Below are positions 1 to 10,838 of a stretch of 64,000 bases of DNA, in pieces. The notes under the pieces are model-generated. The model did no database searches, was not told where the DNA came from, and saw only the letters and a program-made list of their open reading frames with translations. Source of the stretch: Lytechinus pictus (lineage: Eukaryota). Both the position numbers and the translations under genes were made by a program. Every line of letters starts with the position of its first letter. Within the stretch, counting starts at the first letter, position 1. The stretch lies in assembly GCF_037042905.1 (NCBI RefSeq), contig NC_087250.1, positions 4,092,001 through 4,156,000 of the forward strand. Direction: 5' to 3'.

Positions 1-67
1 TGGGCATTTTAATGCAAACGGATATTTTCACGGTGAGATTATCATCTGCATGAAGTATATAGTTGTG

Positions 68-2200
68 CAGGGGCGGATTCAGCCTTCGCCAATAGGGGGG
101 GGGGGCGGAATTTTTTCAGCCATATTTTCCCCGATCGGCCGCTCGAAGATGATTTTTGGTTTCTTTGAAGGGGTAGTCCTAATAGTCACTTTTTAGCTTT
201 ATTCTTATTAATCAACATAAATATACAATATCATAATCCTTATTTATATAATACGAGCGCGAAGCGCGAGCTAGTATATTTTGGAAACCTTATGTATTTT
301 TTCCTAAAATTGTAACATTCTGGGCAATGTTTGTTATCCTGAAAAAGATGTGTATGCAACTAAATAATTACTACAAACACGAAACGCGAGCAGATTGAAC
401 TGATGGAAAAGGTACCTGTTAAAGACTGCATCGAGTTAGCCATGAAGAAGTTACATATTTTAAAAATCAAATAATGCGAGCTGAAATTTTTTGACATTTT
501 TACCAAAAAAATGGAAATTCTAAGCACTTGTAACTTAAACAGGATTAATAGGTATATAACTAAACGATTGATACGAGCGCGAGCAGCAAATATCTACATT
601 AAGACCTACTGAACGAGACACTCTATTCATGTTTAGTAAATCATGAAAAGGATGAAGGATGAGTACTTGGGGATCTTCCTTACATCAATACTGCGAGCGC
701 AAAGCGCGAACAGAAAATGTTCACATGCGTTTTGAACTGATCGAAAATGTACCTGCTAAGCACTGCCACTTAGCCATGAAGACCTTACATATTTCAACAT
801 GAAATAATCCGAGCGCGAAGCGCGAGCTGAAAATTTTTGACATTTCTACATAAAGAATGAAAAATTTTAATCAATTTTTATAATCGTGAACAAGATAGCT
901 ATAAAACTAAACAATTGATGCGAGCGCGAAGCGCGAGTGGAAAAAATCGAGATTTAGACCTAAAAACGGGACACTCTATTCATGTTTTGTAAATCATGAA
1001 AAGAATGAGTATAATAGGGGATTTTTCTACATTAATATTAAGAGCACAAGGAGCGAGCGGAAAATTTTTGATATTGTGATCTGAAACTGGATACTTAAAT
1101 AGAGAACAAGTTGAGTATCTGAAGAAAAAAAACATGCGCGCGTGTGTTTTATAGATTTAGACCTAGAATATAGGCATTTTAAATACACCTTTTATCGTAA
1201 AAATCAAAGCGAGCGCGAAGCGCGAGCTTAAACTATTTGATATTCCGATCTGAAAAAAGGAGTCAATTTCAGCTCTATATTTCAAACACTTTGTAAAAAA
1301 ATTGTGAGGTGGATATGGATCGCACTAATAGAGAGCTGATATTTTTCATTATTATTACTTTGAATTCTGACATAGGACCGGCACATTCTTAGGACACGTC
1401 ATTATATGAAAATGAAGACTGTCTTCCTATTCCTCTTGCTAAGCGCAAGATGAAACAAAGGGGACAATTCAATTATCAAATTAATATCTTATTCATTAAT
1501 GCCTAATGAGAGCGGGAAATCTGATGATATGATGGCCTGAAAACTGGAAATTTCAAGCACTTTTGTAATCATAACTAGGATGCATCATTCCATATATTAT
1601 TAACCATTAATGCGAGCGAAAATTGCGAGCCTAAATTTTTTATACACTGTCATGAAAAGGGGATTTTAAGTAATCAATATTATACGTTTTGACAATCAGA
1701 CCTGAAAAGGGATATTTTGAAAACTTGGTGGAATACACGAAAATAATATAGGTACCCGATAAATCGAAATTTGCGAGCGCGCAGCGCGAGCAGAAAATGT
1801 TAATAAGCAGACCATAAAAATGACATTTTTACAGAGCACTCACACAAAATAATGAAAGTTCGATTTCCGAGATGAAATATGTTTTGTATATTGACTTCCA
1901 AACTTGATATTTCAACTCCATATTGAACAAGATATGTAAATCATCTAAAAGGCAATGCAAGCGCGAAGCGCGAGCAAAAATTTTATATAGTGACATGAAA
2001 GATTTCGTAATTATTTACAAGTCTTCCCCTCATCTTATTTTATTCACTCGTCTTCTTCCTCTTATGTTTTCCTTTTTTTCTCCTTTGTCTTCCCTTCTTT
2101 TTCTCTTTTTCTTTCTTTCTCCTTTTTTTCTTTTTTGTTGTTGCTCCGCCAATAGGAGGAGGGGGCCCGGGCCTCTCGGGCCCCCCTGGGTCCGCCTATG
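68..2200. mobile_element. Non-autonomous DNA transposon with an internal degenerate ~115-bp repeat array (GCGAGCGCGAAGCGCGAGC motif)
   Basis: Termini CAGGGGCGGATTCAG (68) and CTGGGTCCGCCTATG (2200) are imperfect inverted repeats. GTTGTG flanks both sides (62-67, 2201-2206). The motif recurs at ~254, 694, 810, 920, 1209, 1773, 1957, with degenerate copies between. A related copy starts at 30273. Confidence 0.75.
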
Positions 2201-2319
2201 GTTGTGTGTCTTGTAGTAATTAAGTTGAGAAAATCGTTTTTGAAGTGATTTGTGATTAATAAGCTATAGGCTTTAGTTGTGAATTTCGCTTTTTGGTCAA
2301 TTATGGCGCTAATCCTTGC

Positions 2320-2831
2320 GAAATGTTGCAAGCGCGAGCTCATACTTTTTGACATTTCATGCAAGAAGACACGAAAATTAAAGATTATGAGCAGTTTTTG
2401 TTATCATGAAAAAGATGTGTATCTACCATTAACTCGAGCGCGAAGCGCGCGCTGATGTTTTTAGCCTACTATGTCAAAAAAAAGGAATCTGTTAAGGAGT
2501 GCATTAGTGACTCATGAATTGGATACTTATCACACCAATCGAATAATGCGCGCGCGAACACAATGATGATGCGTGCGCAAAAAGTGAGCCGAATGTTTTT
2601 TATATTCCAACCTAAAAACTGGACATTCAAAGCATTTTTGTTTCCATGAACATAATTATCATCTAATAATTGTTGCGAGCGCGAGCCAAAAATGGTGTGA
2701 TTTTCCAACCGGAAATGTATTTCAGGTAATTTTTATTATTTTTATTTATTATTATTATTATTATTATTTTTTTTTTTTTGGGGGGAGGGGCAATTGACCC
2801 CTGAACCCCCCCCCCCGGTTCGCCGCCCCTG
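2320..2831. mobile_element. Fragment of a related GCGCGAAGCGC-motif DNA transposon
   Basis: Motif copies at ~2436, 2548 and 2676. Ends in CGCCGCCCCTG, the reverse complement of a CAGGGGCGG terminus. Confidence 0.5.
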
Positions 2832-3392
2832 CACTTTCAAAACCAACAAGGGGGATTTTGTAAACATTAAATACATACTATACCTGCCATGGCCCTGGGG
2901 AGCGGGGCTGCTGGTGTCTTGCGTGTATATTCACCATAGGCAGCACCCATGTTTGTTTTTTTCGTTTAATTTTCATTTTAATCATTGAAGCACGGGGCCT
3001 ACCTTAGCCCTCAGACTGTTCTTCCGCAGGGCCGTGCAGATAAAAAATATACAATTCAATGTAACATATATCAAAACATAAAACAACACTCATCATGATA
3101 GCAAAAATAATATAAAACATAAAAAAACATTCATCATGATGGCGAAAAGTAATATACATACAAATTAAAGAACAAATTAAATATAAACAAAATACATGTA
3201 ATATATCTACAACATAAAACAAGAGACATACTATAATCAAAATAACGTTTAATAAAATAGAAAACTACAAACTAAAAATAACATGGAGGGCAAAGAACGA
3301 AAACAAAATTATAGAGGTACTATAATGGGCGGGGGGGGGGGGGGTAGTCAAGAATGGCTCGTGATTTGTCAAGCATGAACTTGTCAAGATTC

Positions 3393-4032
3393 TGAAGCGG
3401 GGGTTGGTTTATAAGATGAAATGGTAATAAGCCAATCTCCACTTACCGACTTTATGCGTGTAGAGATCCGACAGACAATCCTCCAATATAACAAAGTGTT
3501 CCAATTATTGCACAATCCCAATGACACAAAATCACACAAGATTATATCACAAAAAATAACTTGGCTAGCACAAGCGGTATTTGGATTTTCTCTTAGTGAA
3601 AATAACGGAGAAAAAAGGGTAGTACGCAAATTTGAAATGGTATGCTGTGGAAGATGCAATGGATGAATTTGCTCCAAGTGAGATGATGGAATCCACAAAT
3701 GTATTAAGTATTTGACGACGTTCTCAAAACACGTGTTTACTAAAGTAGAAAACTTTGAGAAGTGTGTTCAGAAAAGAAAGTAGTAGTTTTCATCCCAAAT
3801 GTGATGTAGGATGTAAACAAAGAGAGAGGGGAGAGAGAGGTACAATTCAGAGAATTTATAGTGAGTCACAGGTGAGTGTGCTGTGTGAGGGTCATTATTG
3901 ACCACTTGTTGGCATGTTTATTGCTAAGGAGTGGAAGTAACTGGTATCCAAGGGTAATGTCCTCTCGAAGATGATGAGTAATAGAAGGCAAAGTTGAGAA
4001 ATGAAAAAGGATGAAATTTGGAAAATACTACA
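3393..4032 (-). repeat. 3' LTR (640 bp)
   Basis: TGAAGCGG...AATACTACA on the plus strand. No difference from 7704-8343 found by eye. Confidence 0.95.
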
Positions 4033-4046
4033 TCAGCCCCCTCCTA
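4033..4046 (-). promoter_or_regulatory. Polypurine tract of the LTR element
   Basis: Minus strand reads TAGGAGGGGGCTGA immediately before the 3' LTR. Confidence 0.85.
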
Positions 4047-4116
4047 GATCGTTGAATAAAATGAAACGGTCGATAACAAAGAAAATAGTAATAGTCCAAA
4101 TGAAGAAAATAATTTC

Positions 4117-7100
4117 TCAATTAAAATGAAGGACTTGAACAAAGCGCTTTGGAAAATGCACTTTTCGACCTGAACGAGTTTGTCTGATTTCAGGCTCGGT
4201 AGATGATGAAGAAGGAGTGATGGAGGGAGGCGGAGGCTTAGTGGTTGGTGTAGTAGTCACTTGAGAAGGTTTAGGGTTTTCAGGAGTAGATAAGCTAGGT
4301 TGAACAGTGGTTGGAACGGTTGGTGAAATGGGTGGTTCCAAATATGCTGTTTTCAGACGGTCGAGACTGATAGTTTCATGTTTTCCTTTGAGTAGGATGG
4401 TGAAAAACTTATCAGCTCGCTTGATGACTTGATATGGGCCATCATAGGGTGGTTGAAGGGGTTTCTTGACAGCATCATGACGCACAAAGACATGGGTGCA
4501 TGATGTGAGATCAGGGTGGACCTGTGGTTTGCGATGCTGAATACGAGTGGGCTGAGGTTTGAGGTTCTCCATTTGTTTTCTCAGTCGATGGATATAGTTG
4601 CTAGGGTCCAAATCACAATCTTTCTGATTAGGTGCTACAAACTGACCTGGCAATCTTAAAGTTGTTCCATATACCAGCTCAGCAGCGCAACATCCCAAAT
4701 CAGATTTGACTGCAGTTCGAATTCCAAGCATGACGAGAGGGAGAGTTTCAGTCCATCGTGAAGAAGGTGTAGTTTTTAGTGACGCTTTAAGTTGCCGATG
4801 AAAGCGCTCAACCAGTCCATTTGATGCAGGATGATAAGATGTAGTTCGAATTCTAGAGCTACCAAGAAGATGAGTTAGAGCTTGAAAGAGTGAAGATTCG
4901 AATTGTCGACCTCTATCGGTAGTGATGGTTGAGGGAGCACCGAAACGAGATACCCAGTGTGAAATGAATGCTCGGGCAACTGTCTCAGCTGATATGTCGG
5001 GAATAGGCATTGCCTCAGGCCATCGGGTGAAACGGTCAACACATGTGAGAAGATATGCATTGCCATTTGAAGGAGGAAGTGGTCCCACGAGATCGATATG
5101 AATGTGATCGAATCTAGCATCAGGTGTTGAAAAAGTACCTATCGGTGTCTTGGTGTGACGGTGTACTTTACAACGTTGACACTGTATGCAAGTTTTGGTC
5201 CAATTTCGAACATCTTTGTTAATTCCAGGCCAAACAAATCTGTCTGTGATGAGTTTTTGGGTAGCATTGATGCCAGGGTGAGATAGGTTGTGAAGAGCAT
5301 CAAATACAACTCGTCTGAATTTAGATGGGATGTAAGGTCGAGGATTGGTAGTTGAAGTATCGCATAGGATAGTAGAGTCAGAGATAGGAAGAGGTAGAGG
5401 TTCGAGTTTGAGCGAGGTTGAAGTGAGTTGTTTGAGTTCCTCGTCAACCTCCTGGGCAGCGGCGATGGCATTGAAATCAATGGTAGGAGTTGAAGTGAGG
5501 GAGTTGATTTCCATGCGAGATAGAGCGTCTGCCACTACATTGTGTTTTCCACTAATATGCCTTATATCTGTGCTGAATTGAGATATGTAGTCTAGGTGTC
5601 TGACTTCGCGTGGTGAATACCTGTCAGGTCTAGCATTAAAGGCATGAGTGAGAGGTTTGTGATCCGTATAGATGAAGAATTGTCGTCCTTCAAGTGCATG
5701 TCTGAAGTGACGAATAGTGAGATACACAGAGAGAAGTTCACGTCCGAATGTGCTATATCTTGTCTCAGCTGGCTGCAGGCGTTTTGAGAAGAAGGCGATG
5801 GGTTGCCAGTCATCGTCAATGTGTTGCTGCAACACACCTCCAACAGCAACATCTGATGCATCCACCATAATGCAGAGTGAGGCATTAGGTTTTGGGTGTG
5901 AAAGGAGAGTAGCTTGAGCGAGAGCTGTTTTCACTGAGTTGAATGCATTTAGAGCTGTATCATCGAGATGGATTGCTTTGTTTTTCTGCTTGCATGCCAA
6001 TAGATCGGTGAGTGGTTGAGTGAGAGTTGCACAATCAGGAATGAAGCGACGATAGAAATTGACTAGTCCTAGAAATTCTCTGAGTTTGCGAAGAGAATCA
6101 GGAACAGGGAAATCGTTGATGACTTTGACTTTCTCGAGCAGAGGGCGGATGCCGTTCTCATCAACAATGTGTCCGAGAAAGGTGAGAGAAGATGCGCCGA
6201 ATTCACACTTGGCTGGGTTGATGACGACGCCATATTTTGAGAGTCGAGCGAAAAGTAGCTGGAGATGTTGCTTGTGCTCCTCTTCATTTTCGCTAGCGAT
6301 GAGCAGATCGTCGATGTAGGCGTACACAAATGGAAGACCACGGGTTACTTCATCAATGAATCGTTGAAAAGTTTGTGCGGCATTGCGTAGCCCAAAAGGC
6401 ATGCGTACAAACTCAAATAACCCAAAGGGTGTGGTGATGGCAGTTTTGTGTACATCTGCTTGATCGACAGGAAACTGATGATATGCTCGTACGAGATCGA
6501 GTTTTGAAAAAATTCGCTTGCCTGCTAGGGCAGATGTAAAGTCTTGAAGATGGGGAATGGGATATTTGTCGGGCACTGTATTCCTATTTAGTGCACGATA
6601 GTCTCCACACGGTCTCCAGTCTCCGGGTGTTTTCTTGGGCACCATATGAAGTGGGGATGCCCAGTTGCTGCTAGACGGTTGAATGATGCCTAGTTCCAGC
6701 ATGTGGTCGAATTCCGCCTTCGCGATATTGTATCTATCGGTTGCTAGGCGACGAGGACGGGATGATACAGGAGGGCCTTTCGTCACAATGTGATGGGTGA
6801 CGGAGTGCTTGATCTCAGCCTCCTTATACACAGGGCGTGTAATGTCAGGAAATTTGTCGAGAATAGATTTGTAGGCAGCTTGATTTTCTGGCTTTAGAAA
6901 CATAGGACTGATAGAAGGAGATGAAGAAAGGATGCCAGTAATAGATAGATTTGTAGAAGAGTCGATGAGCTTGAGATTGCGCACATCAACAAGAAAACCA
7001 AAGTGATGAAGGAAGTCTGCCCCGATGATAGGAATAGGAATATCAGCAATGATGAAAATCCATCTGCAAGCTCGACGCAGGCCGACGTCGAGAGTCAGGC

Positions 7101-7578
7101 TTCGCTCTCCATAAGTCGTAATGCTTGAGCGATTAACTGCTTGTAGATAGAATTTTGATGAAGGATGATGTTTTTCGGCTTTTGATGGAGGAAGAACGCT
7201 AACTTCAGCTCCTGTGTCGACCAAAAAACGAATTCCAGTTTTCCTATCAGTGATGTAGAAAAGGCGACTTTTTGATTTTGAGGAAGATTGGTTAGTTGTT
7301 GCTAGCTTTGGTTTGTTGGTGTCCTGTTTGTTTGAAGCCTTTTTGAATTTGCAAGGTGGTACACATTTGTGAGATTTTGTACCAAAGCGCCAATGATAAT
7401 AACAATAATCTCCGGCATGTTGATGTGAGGGAGAATGATTATTGTGACGAGCTTGACGTTGACGATAAGCGTCGATAGCAATTGTGAGTTTTGATAGTTC
7501 TGCTCTTAAATCTTGAATAGAAGTACCAGTACTAGTAGTTGGTTGCGAGAAAGGGTGCTTTTGATTGCAAGTCGACAT
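4117..7578 (-). CDS. Gypsy polyprotein, 1153 aa: short Gag remnant (coiled coil + CHCC), protease, reverse transcriptase, RNase H, integrase
   Basis: [18 protein letters not shown]; [10 protein letters not shown] (protease); [17 protein letters not shown] (RT); VDASD, RELL, TDH (RNase H); HNLSHPG...CIQC, HIDLVG, TDRG, NGLVER (integrase); PYDGPY. The ORF is uninterrupted. Confidence 0.95.
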   Translation of the reverse strand: MSTCNQKHPFSQPTTSTGTSIQDLRAELSKLTIAIDAYRQRQARHNNHSPSHQHAGDYCYYHWRFGTKSHKCVPPCKFKKASNKQDTNKPKLATTNQSSSKSKSRLFYITDRKTGIRFLVDTGAEVSVLPPSKAEKHHPSSKFYLQAVNRSSITTYGERSLTLDVGLRRACRWIFIIADIPIPIIGADFLHHFGFLVDVRNLKLIDSSTNLSITGILSSSPSISPMFLKPENQAAYKSILDKFPDITRPVYKEAEIKHSVTHHIVTKGPPVSSRPRRLATDRYNIAKAEFDHMLELGIIQPSSSNWASPLHMVPKKTPGDWRPCGDYRALNRNTVPDKYPIPHLQDFTSALAGKRIFSKLDLVRAYHQFPVDQADVHKTAITTPFGLFEFVRMPFGLRNAAQTFQRFIDEVTRGLPFVYAYIDDLLIASENEEEHKQHLQLLFARLSKYGVVINPAKCEFGASSLTFLGHIVDENGIRPLLEKVKVINDFPVPDSLRKLREFLGLVNFYRRFIPDCATLTQPLTDLLACKQKNKAIHLDDTALNAFNSVKTALAQATLLSHPKPNASLCIMVDASDVAVGGVLQQHIDDDWQPIAFFSKRLQPAETRYSTFGRELLSVYLTIRHFRHALEGRQFFIYTDHKPLTHAFNARPDRYSPREVRHLDYISQFSTDIRHISGKHNVVADALSRMEINSLTSTPTIDFNAIAAAQEVDEELKQLTSTSLKLEPLPLPISDSTILCDTSTTNPRPYIPSKFRRVVFDALHNLSHPGINATQKLITDRFVWPGINKDVRNWTKTCIQCQRCKVHRHTKTPIGTFSTPDARFDHIHIDLVGPLPPSNGNAYLLTCVDRFTRWPEAMPIPDISAETVARAFISHWVSRFGAPSTITTDRGRQFESSLFQALTHLLGSSRIRTTSYHPASNGLVERFHRQLKASLKTTPSSRWTETLPLVMLGIRTAVKSDLGCCAAELVYGTTLRLPGQFVAPNQKDCDLDPSNYIHRLRKQMENLKPQPTRIQHRKPQVHPDLTSCTHVFVRHDAVKKPLQPPYDGPYQVIKRADKFFTILLKGKHETISLDRLKTAYLEPPISPTVPTTVQPSLSTPENPKPSQVTTTPTTKPPPPSITPSSSSTEPEIRQTRSGRKVHFPKRFVQVLHFN

Positions 7579-7684
7579 ATTGAAGAATGTAAGTGAGTCG
7601 ACAATGAAATGAGAAGAAGGGAGATAATAATTAGAACATTATATGACGAAGGATGACTGTTCTCATCACGTTGGTCGGGTTTTA

Positions 7685-7702
7685 ATCACGTCGGGGTCAC
7701 CA
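7685..7702 (-). promoter_or_regulatory. Primer-binding site complementary to the tRNA-Trp 3' end
   Basis: Minus strand TGGTGACCCCGACGTGAT (18 nt), separated from the 5' LTR by one nucleotide. It matches the tRNA-Trp PBS of avian leukosis/sarcoma viruses. Confidence 0.9.
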
Positions 7703-7703
7703 G

Positions 7704-8343
7704 TGAAGCGGGGGTTGGTTTATAAGATGAAATGGTAATAAGCCAATCTCCACTTACCGACTTTATGCGTGTAGAGATCCGACAGACAATCCTCCAATAT
7801 AACAAAGTGTTCCAATTATTGCACAATCCCAATGACACAAAATCACACAAGATTATATCACAAAAAATAACTTGGCTAGCACAAGCGGTATTTGGATTTT
7901 CTCTTAGTGAAAATAACGGAGAAAAAAGGGTAGTACGCAAATTTGAAATGGTATGCTGTGGAAGATGCAATGGATGAATTTGCTCCAAGTGAGATGATGG
8001 AATCCACAAATGTATTAAGTATTTGACGACGTTCTCAAAACACGTGTTTACTAAAGTAGAAAACTTTGAGAAGTGTGTTCAGAAAAGAAAGTAGTAGTTT
8101 TCATCCCAAATGTGATGTAGGATGTAAACAAAGAGAGAGGGGAGAGAGAGGTACAATTCAGAGAATTTATAGTGAGTCACAGGTGAGTGTGCTGTGTGAG
8201 GGTCATTATTGACCACTTGTTGGCATGTTTATTGCTAAGGAGTGGAAGTAACTGGTATCCAAGGGTAATGTCCTCTCGAAGATGATGAGTAATAGAAGGC
8301 AAAGTTGAGAAATGAAAAAGGATGAAATTTGGAAAATACTACA
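7704..8343 (-). repeat. 5' LTR (640 bp)
   Basis: Direct repeat of 3393-4032, followed on the minus strand by the PBS. Contains TATAAA (minus strand) near 8166-8171. Confidence 0.95.
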
Positions 8344-9303
8344 ATTCCATTTCAAATTCTGGTAACTTAACTCTCGTTGGAGTTCCAGTATTTTGCTCCA
8401 GTATAGCTAAAACTCTTCTTCTTGAAATTTGTACTTAATTTCTGCAGTAAAAATATGCTGAATGAGTTTCTTACGTTGTAATTAAAGTGCCATATAAATC
8501 TGGCAAGTAATTTGGGCAATTATGATTAACTACTTTATACATCATGTGAAGAGTGTGCTTATATCTTCTAATATCTAAGGTATCTATCTTTAACTGTTGA
8601 TATAGCGAATTATATAGTGTAATATCTGGCTTCAACTTTCAAAACAATTCGGATTGCTTTTTTTGTAGAATTTGGAGCTTATGTACATATTTTTTTCTTC
8701 ATGTTTCTCCAAACAACGTCACAATAATCTAATTTACTTTGTAATATTGCTTTGTAAATCAACAGTGCTATATTCTGAGGAATATAACCTCTTGTTATCT
8801 TAAAAGGTATAGTTTCTTAATAAAATATTTTCAAAAAAATGTGCCTGTTCATCTCAATCGATATCATTGTCTAATAGCCTATACGCCGTAATACTTGCAA
8901 TTATACACCTGATTAAGTTTAACGTCATATATGTATATATTTAGTCTTTTATCTTTAACCTCTGTTCTTTATCCAATCAACATAACCTCACATATTATTA
9001 GTATTGAGAAATAATTTGTTTAAGTTCAGCCATTTTGAAAGACGTATCAAATCAGAATTTATTACATTTTCAATAGTCTGCGTTGTCTTACCAGGGTAAT
9101 ATATATCATGTATATACCATATGCGTATATGATGTTCGACATTTTGTAATACAATTCGATATATAATTTATGTAGATGGCGAAAAGCCTTTTGTTTCTCC
9201 ATTATTTTTGTGATTACATGAAGGATTGAGCTTGGTCGATAGTTATCCATTTCTGATCGTTGTCCCGTATTGTGAATAGGTATGACTTGAGAACCTGTAA
9301 GTA

Positions 9304-9543
9304 CACAGCAAAAACTGTGGTGTTAACCGGTGTACATAGAGGACCACACCAGTTATTTCACACCGGTGTTAATTTGACAGTGTTATTTTAACACCTATAG
9401 GTGTTATTGCAACACCATTGGTTGTTACATTTACTCTATTTGGTGTTATGGTAAATCTCGAGGGTGTAATTTTAACACCTCAGGGTGTGGTCCTCTATAT
9501 AACACCAACTGGTGTCAGTTTTAACACCACAGTTTTTACAGTG
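9304..9543. mobile_element. MITE with CAC...GTG termini and TA TSD
   Basis: Terminal inverted repeats (TIRs) CACAGCAAAAACTGTGGTGTTAA / TTAACACCACAGTTTTTACAGTG with TA on both sides. A second copy lies at 29589-29806. Confidence 0.85.
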
Positions 9544-9749
9544 TATGGTAGGTATGCTTGTAATACCCCCTCCCATTCTTTTTTTTTATTAATGTATTTA
9601 TTTTTTGCTTGTCAAATTTCTCATGACCAAAAGTTTGTAGTGAAAACCATTTTGTGCTTGTCGAATTTAAACCAGCACCCCCTGTTAAAAAGATCACTTC
9701 CAGGCCCTAGTACCTGCATAAACTTTTTGCTAATCTAATAAGCAAGCGC

Positions 9750-9867
9750 AGGAAGAAGAAGAAGAAGGGGAAGGAGAAGAAGAAGAAGAAGAAGAAGAAG
9801 AAAAAGAAGAAGAAGAAGAAGAAATTAAGAGAAGAAGAAGAAGAAGAAGGAGGAGAAGAAGAAGAAA
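9750..9867. repeat. (GAA)n microsatellite
   Basis: Imperfect GAA/GGA run of about 115 bp. Confidence 0.9.
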
Positions 9868-10838
9868 GTATGTCCCATGTTTATTTAAAAAAATCAATAC
9901 ATCTTACAGCAGACCCGGGGAGTTCATTGAAAAAAAAAAGAGAGGAGAAAATTCAATGAAACTTTCCTCCCAATCAATACCAAGGTCATGACTCGGCCGA
10001 GGTGCTTTAATGAGCGATCAATTAAGCTCCTCTCAGTGCAATGGGCCTGTGACGTATCTAGGAGAGGGGGGGGGGGGGGGTGGGGGGCGCGTACCCCAAA
10101 TACCACTTTCAGGGGGCGCAAATAAAGAGAAAGAAATCAACGTGCTATTACCATGCTAATGCAGTTTCCAACAAATCAAGAAAATAAATCTTGCATGTCT
10201 TTACCCAGGGATGAATATTCGTCCTAACTTAAAATAGTCCTACCCCTTTCTGGTTAGTGTATAAATTCACATCTCGTGCTTGCATTCATTGTTTAGTCAG
10301 ATACCCATCTTTGGGTTGCTTTGAAATATCCCGACTTCAGGTCCAAATATTAATGATTTTCGGCTCGCGCTTCGCGCCCACATTAATTGTTGAGATGTGC
10401 ATTTTGTTAATGACAAAAAGTGCTTAAAATATTAATTTTGAACGTCTTAATAGTGAAAAATATTCGCACTGGCATTGATATCATGCTTTATTTTGACTGG
10501 TTGTGTGTTACTAAGTGTAGTATATGTAGGCATACACACACACACAGCAAACCCTCACAAATATAAATATATATATCAAACTCTTTGAAAAAGGCGTGTT
10601 TTTTAGCATTTATCCCTGCCGCCGTCTGTCCGTTAATGTTTGTTTTCCCTTGTTTCAATTTCCCCTAATTTACTAGAACCCAAAACGACCGTATTTATTA
10701 TGACTGGTGGGGAATGGCATCCGAAAAGGGGGTTGGTTAGTTTCCGGGGGGGGGGGGGGGCTTCGATTTGCCTGAACTTTTCAACTAAAGAGGCCCTAAA
10801 CATGTCTCTAACTAGTATAAAGTTTAATTGATAATGTG

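Larger units (their letters stand above)
3393..8343 (-). mobile_element. Gypsy/Ty3 LTR retrotransposon, CsRn1/Kabuki/Boudicca-like clade, 4951 bp
   Basis: Two 640-bp LTRs with TG...CA ends, ATTC TSD (3389-3392 and 8344-8347), tRNA-Trp PBS, polypurine tract, PR-RT-RH-IN domain order and a CX2HX9CX3C (CHCC) nucleocapsid motif typical of this clade. Confidence 0.95.
2985..9297 (-). mobile_element. Old degenerate L2/CR1-group LINE remnant, split by the Gypsy insertion
   Basis: Minus-strand remnants in 8348-9297 read SQVIPIHNTGQRSEMDNYRPSSILHVITKIMEK, INSDLIRLSKWLNLNKLFLN and YKAILQSKLDYCDVVW (RT-domain motifs with stops and indels). A 3'-UTR-like segment lies at 2985-3392. Confidence 0.6.

Noticed and set aside
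250-2000. CRISPR-like look of a palindromic motif at regular spacing
   Set aside because: The spacers are ~100 bp and related to each other, the motif is degenerate, there are no cas genes, and the array lies within a TIR element in a eukaryotic genome.
3384-8009. 81-aa and 104/107-aa ORFs in the LTRs as env or accessory genes
   Set aside because: They are duplicated only because the LTRs are, and show no recognisable motif. Only ~70 bp separate the pol stop from the PPT, leaving no room for env.
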